Assembly: GCA_030390025.1 (NCBI GenBank)
Contig: JASTWF010000325.1
Location: 1 to 64,000, forward strand
Length of the DNA: 64,000 nucleotides
Source: Squalus acanthias
Taxonomy: Eukaryota
Reading direction: 5' to 3'
The translations under genes and the position numbers were made by a program. Below, piece after piece: positions 59,247-64,000 of this stretch. Position 1 is the stretch's first letter. Every line of letters begins with the position of its first letter. The notes below the pieces were generated by a model that was not told the DNA's origin, made no database searches, and saw only the letters and a list, made by a program, of their open reading frames with translations.

Positions 59247-59540
59247 GAGGTGTGCCAAAATGCTGGTCATTTTTTTATTAAAGGCCGAGGTTCATGGCCC
59301 AACTTTTGTTTAGTGTTTTGGACATTATCTCCAGGTTGTGAGAACCAGTTATGTTATTGACTGTTTTTTTGTGTTTATTTCTATGAGTTTGTCATGAGGA
59401 ATTGACACACACAGAGTTTGTACAATAAATAAGTTTCTGTATTCAAAATATACATGGCTGGTGGTTGGAATTATTGGTGCCTTGGCCGGCTTAGGGGTTG
59501 CGTGCTGGGTTGATTCGTGTTTGTAGCACTGGCAGGGGCC

Positions 59541-60697
59541 CTAGAAGCGGCTTGCTATTAGTCGTTGACGGACGGCCCTTGCAGTTTGACCATTGTGGGC
59601 CGCCCTCCTGCCTTGGTGCTGCTGCTGATCATCGTCCTCGGCCTGTTCCTCCTCTTCCTCCTCCTCCTCTTGTGGTGCTGCAAGGCCTGGTGGCATTGGC
59701 TGCGTCCTGAGGATTGCCATGTTGTGCAACATGCAGCACACCACTACGAATTTGGAAACTTGCTCAGGCGAGTACTGCAGGGCTCCTCCGGAATGGTCCA
59801 GACAGCGGAATCGTTGTTTGAGCACGCCGATTGTGCGCTCAATAATGTTCCTCGTTGCTTGTTGGCTTTCCTGGTACTGCAGCTCAGCAGGGGTGTTTGG
59901 CGCACGGAGCGGTGTCATCAGCCAGGTGCTCAATGCGTACCCCTTGTCCCCCAGAAGCCAACCAACTGGCTGATGCGGTGCCTCGAAAATTTCTGCCACA
60001 GTACTCTGGCGCAGGATGAAAGCATCGTGGCAGCTGCCCGGATAGTGGGCATTGACAGCGAGAATCACCTGTCTGTGGTCACAGACCAACTGCACATTCA
60101 AGGAATGGAACCCCTTTCTGTTCCGGAACTCCTCTGCATTCTCTCGCGGAGCACGCAAAGCCACATGCGTGCAGTCAATGGCGCCCTGCACCATGGGGAA
60201 GCCCGCTACCCTCGCAAAGCCCATAGCACGGTCATGCTGCTTGTCTGGGGTCATAGGGAAGGAGATGAAGTCTCGTCTCCTTGTGAAGAGGGCATTGGTA
60301 ACCTGCCGGATGCAGCGATGCACCGCAAACTGGGAGATATTGGCGAGGTCCCCAACAGCAGCTTGGAATGAGCCAGTGGCGTAGAAGTTCAAAGCCACTG
60401 TGACCTTCACTGCCACCGACAGAGACGTCCTGGACCTCAGCTGAGGCTGCAGATCTGGCTGCAGCAGGTGGCAGAGCTCAGTGACCACCTCCTTGCTGAA
60501 TCGCAGCCTTCGCAAACACAGCTCCTCGGACATGTGGATGTAGGAGAGCTGTTCACGATATACCCTGGGAGGGTAAGCTCTCCTGTACATGCGCCTGATG
60601 GCCCTCCTCCGTCTGGCCATCATTGCCACTCTCTGTCTGCGTCTCTCCTCCGATTGAGCTGGAGCAGGACGACGCCCCCAATCATTGCAGCCCCCAT
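59541..60697 (-). pseudogene. Harbinger B transposase; 4-bp deletion near 60645 frameshifts the N-terminus, catalytic core still open (362 aa)
   Basis: Copy A GTCTCTGTATCCTCCG versus copy B GTCTCTCCTCCG. Confidence 0.85.
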
Positions 60698-63065
60698 ATT
60701 CTCTTTGGCAGAAAAGTAATGAGGTACAGCAACGAAAGTAGCAGCAAAGTTAGGATGAACTAGGCCAAACTACCTCACAAAGCGTTGAGTCAATGTAGAA
60801 GTCTCTCTCTCTCTCTCTCCGAATCTCTCTCTCTCTCTCAGAACGAGCGGTGCATAAATGTCGACCACAGAAAAAGACAGGAAGAGGCCCCCTTTAAATA
60901 GCGCCCCCCCCAGCCCCACACCGATTGATAACGTTCCAGTCTTCCGGTCGTTGGAAGCGCCAGGCTGTAAGGCAGGGGGCGCCACTCAATTTCCGCTCCG
61001 GGGCGCCCCAAGGGCATTGCACCACGGAATGACGTCACAATCTGCGCGCGCAGGTGGTCGCAGCGGTAAGTTTTAGCGCCGCCGCACAATCTCAAGTTAA
61101 GTTCTCGAGCGGCGCAAACAGCGCTGCGCCCGGGCGTTAGCGCCTTAACGCCCCATTAGCGCCCATTTAAGGCGCTAACGGGAGGCGCAACCAACTGAAT
61201 TTTTACCCCTAAGTTCCAGGAGGCAGTCACACCCACTAGAGTAATTACTTCCAATTTGGCCCATGGTCAGGGACAGGAGGGTGTGACTACAAGTGAGGCA
61301 GGTATTGGGATCCAGGAGGTAGTGATGGAGGAGCCTCAGCCCTTGGCCTTCTCTAACAGGTACGAGATTCTTGCTCCCTGTGTGGACGAGAGCAGGGACT
61401 GCAGGGAGGATGAGCAATCTGACCACAGCACCATGGTACAGGGAGCCATTCAAGTGGGGGGAGTAAAAAGAAATGTTGTAGTGATAGGGGATAGTATAGT
61501 TAGGGGGATAGACACTGTTCTCTGCAGCCGAGAACGTGAGTCCCGAAGGCTGTGTTGCCTGCCCGGTGCCAGGGTTAAGGACATCTCCTCTGGGCTGGAG
61601 AGAAACTTGGAGTGGGAGGGGGAAGATCCAGTTGTCATGGTCCACGTAGGTACCAATGACATAGGTAGGACAAAGAAAGAGGTTCTGCTGAGAGAGTATG
61701 AGCAGCTAGGGGCTAAATTAAAAAGCAGAACCACAAAGGTAATAATCTCTGGATTACTACCTGAGCCACGAGCGAATTTGCATAGGGTAAATAAGATCAC
61801 AGAAATGAACGAGTGGCTCAAAGACTGGTGTGGGAGAAATGGGTTTTGATTTGTGGGGCACTGGCACCAGTACTGGGATAAGAGGGGAGCTGTTCCATTT
61901 GGACAGGCTTCACTTGAACCATGCTGGAGCTAGAGTCCTGGCGAATCGAATAACTAGGGCTGTAGAGAGGGCTTTAACTGAAGTAGTGAGGGGGAGGATC
62001 CAGGTGAGCGGGAATTTAAAATGTCAATGAGAAATGAGAAAACAATAGAGCAGGATAGAGATGGGGGAAATAATAACCAGAGTGTGACAGGAAGGGACAG
62101 AATGTTTAAAAATAAGAGTGCAACAGAAAATGGGGCCAAAACAAGGAGAAATGGTAAAAAGACAAAGTTAAAAGCTCTATATCTGAATGCACGCAGCATT
62201 CGTAACAAGATAGATGAGTTGATGGCACAAATAGATACAAATGGGTATGATCTGATCGCCATTACAGAGACGTGGTTGCAAGGTGACCAGGCTGGGAACT
62301 GAATATTCCAGGGTTTTTGACAATTCGGAATGATAGACAGAAAGGAAAGGGAGGTGGGGTGGCTTTGTTGGTAAAGGATGGGATTAGTGCAGTGGTAAGA
62401 AGTGATATTGGCTCAGAAGATCAAGATGTAGAATCAATTTGGGTGGAGATAAAAAATAATAAGGGGAAAAAGTCTCTGGTGGGTATAGTCTACAGGCCCC
62501 CGAACAGTAGCAATACTGTTGGACAGAGTATAAATCAACAAATAATGGAGGCCTGTAAAAAAGGTACGGTAATACTCATGGGTGATTTTAATCTCCATAT
62601 TGATTGGACAAATCAAATTGGCCATGGTAGCCTTGAGGAGGAGTTCATAGAGTGCATCCGGGATGGTTTCCTAGAACAGTATGTAATGGAACCAACCAGG
62701 GAGCAGGCTATCTTGGATCTGGTACTGTGTAATGAGACAGAATTAATAAATGATATCATAGTAAAGGATCCTCTAGGTAAGAGTGATCATAACAAGGTTG
62801 AATTTCAAATTCAGTTGGAGGGTGAGAAAGTTGTATCTCAAACCAGTGTCCTGTTCTTAAACAAAGTCAATTACAATGGCATGAGGCAAGAACTGGCTAA
62901 AGTAGACTGGAAAAATAAATTAAAAGGTAAGACAGTTGAAATGCAGTGGCGGACATTTAAGGAGATATTTCATAACTCTCAACAGAAATATATACCAGTG
63001 AGAAAGAAAGATTTTAAGAGAAGGGAACACCATCCGTGGCTAACTAAGGAAGTAAAGGATGGTAT

Positions 63066-64000
63066 TGTTGAGGCTGCCGCGAAACACGAATTAAGGCTGA
63101 ATCCATGTTTGTAAAACAAGAGACTTCTTTAATGCAACTGCATGGCACAAAATGGCTGAACAGACTGCTCCCAGAATTCTCTGGAAAAATCCTGAGGACC
63201 CGCCCACTCCTGCCTTAAAGGTAAGGTGCCTTAAAGGGAAGGCGCATCGATATGTTGTCCACGGACGGAAAAGTGGGTTATGCCCATTTAGGTGGCGATC
63301 CACCACACAGCTCCCCCCAGAATCCGCTCAGGAGGTGTGGACGAGACGGTGCGGCGGTCTGATGGGCCGGCCGGAGCGGCTCTTGTAGGACACCGGTGGA
63401 CGTGGAACGGCCGGGCGTGGAGCAGCTGGGTGAGCCGCCTTGAGGGCAGGTCGGCCGCGTGGAGGTGGACGAGCTACAGGGACCTGCTCCCTGGGCTCCG
63501 AGTGTGCTGGCTTGAGTCGGTCAACCAACACTTTTTCGGTCCTGTCGCCCACTTGCAGGGTGAAAAATTTGTCCCCAGCCTGTAGCACCTTGTAGGGCCC
63601 GTCGTACGGGGGTTGAAGGGGTCCGCGGTGGGCATCGTGCCGGACGAAAACAAAACGTGCCTGGTGCAGGCTTAGTGGGATGTGTGAGGTGGATTCGCCG
63701 TGTCGGGCAATGGGCACCGGGGCGAACTGCAGCGCCGGTGAGGCGAAGTCGTGGAGTTGCTGGTCGGCTGACCAGGGTGTCGTGGCGGTGGGCAGGAACT
63801 CGCCGGGTACGTGCAGCGGCTGACCGTACACAAGCTCTGCTGCCGATGCGTGGAGGTCTTCTTTAACCGCAGTGCGCAGGCCGAGGAGGACCCACGGAAG
63901 TCGGGCGGTCCAGGCGCCGTCCTGGAGGATGGCTCGAAGAGATGCCTTCAAGGATCTGTGGAACCGCTCACACAGTCCGTTGGCTTGGGGGTGGTACGCT
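63066..64000 (-). mobile_element. Second copy of the CsRn1-like Gypsy (3' LTR 63066-63307 plus integrase C-terminus); runs off the window
   Basis: Reverse complement matches ~13185-14112. Confidence 0.95.

Larger units (their letters stand above)
56871..61209. mobile_element. Harbinger copy B (close relative of A), both genes frameshifted
   Basis: TAA TSDs (56868-70, 61210-12); TIRs GGGGTAGAAATT / AATTTTTACCCC. Confidence 0.96.
55899..63065 (+). mobile_element. CR1 LINE 5' half: 5' UTR, ORF1 (zinc finger 56683-56867; SGNH esterase 61213-61980), ORF2 endonuclease 62021-63065; split by Harbinger B and the Gypsy copy
   Basis: CxxC..HICSKC, VVVIGDSIVR, VHVGTND, YLNARSIRNK, AITETW, YRPP, MGDFN, LDLVL, SDH. 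Confidence 0.9.

Noticed and set aside
61256..61849. Stand-alone SGNH esterase gene
   Set aside because: It is the normal esterase domain of CR1 ORF1, separated from its zinc finger by Harbinger B

Overview
Eukaryotic (vertebrate, probably cartilaginous fish, inferred from the repeat families) DNA made almost entirely of nested transposons and minisatellites; no host gene can be called with confidence. Contents: several CR1 and L2-type LINE fragments; a CsRn1-type Gypsy LTR element (9771-14112) plus a second partial copy at the window end; a Penelope-like element with hammerhead ribozymes; at least six PIF/Harbinger elements, one with both genes intact (17686-21823); a 1.1-kb solo LTR; and seven tandem arrays. 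The standout is a very young 9.4-kb endogenous retrovirus-like element on the minus strand (41632-51018). It has near-identical 1.6-kb LTRs, an AGGA target-site duplication (TSD) and a tRNA-Arg primer-binding site (PBS). It lacks pol. It carries an intact gag whose UGA-CUAG stop is followed in frame by a ~400-aa non-enzymatic extension where Pol would be, and an intact envelope gene joining an Ig-like domain to a paramyxo/pneumovirus-F-like (lokiretrovirus-type) fusogen. Family names come from motif recognition, not database searches.
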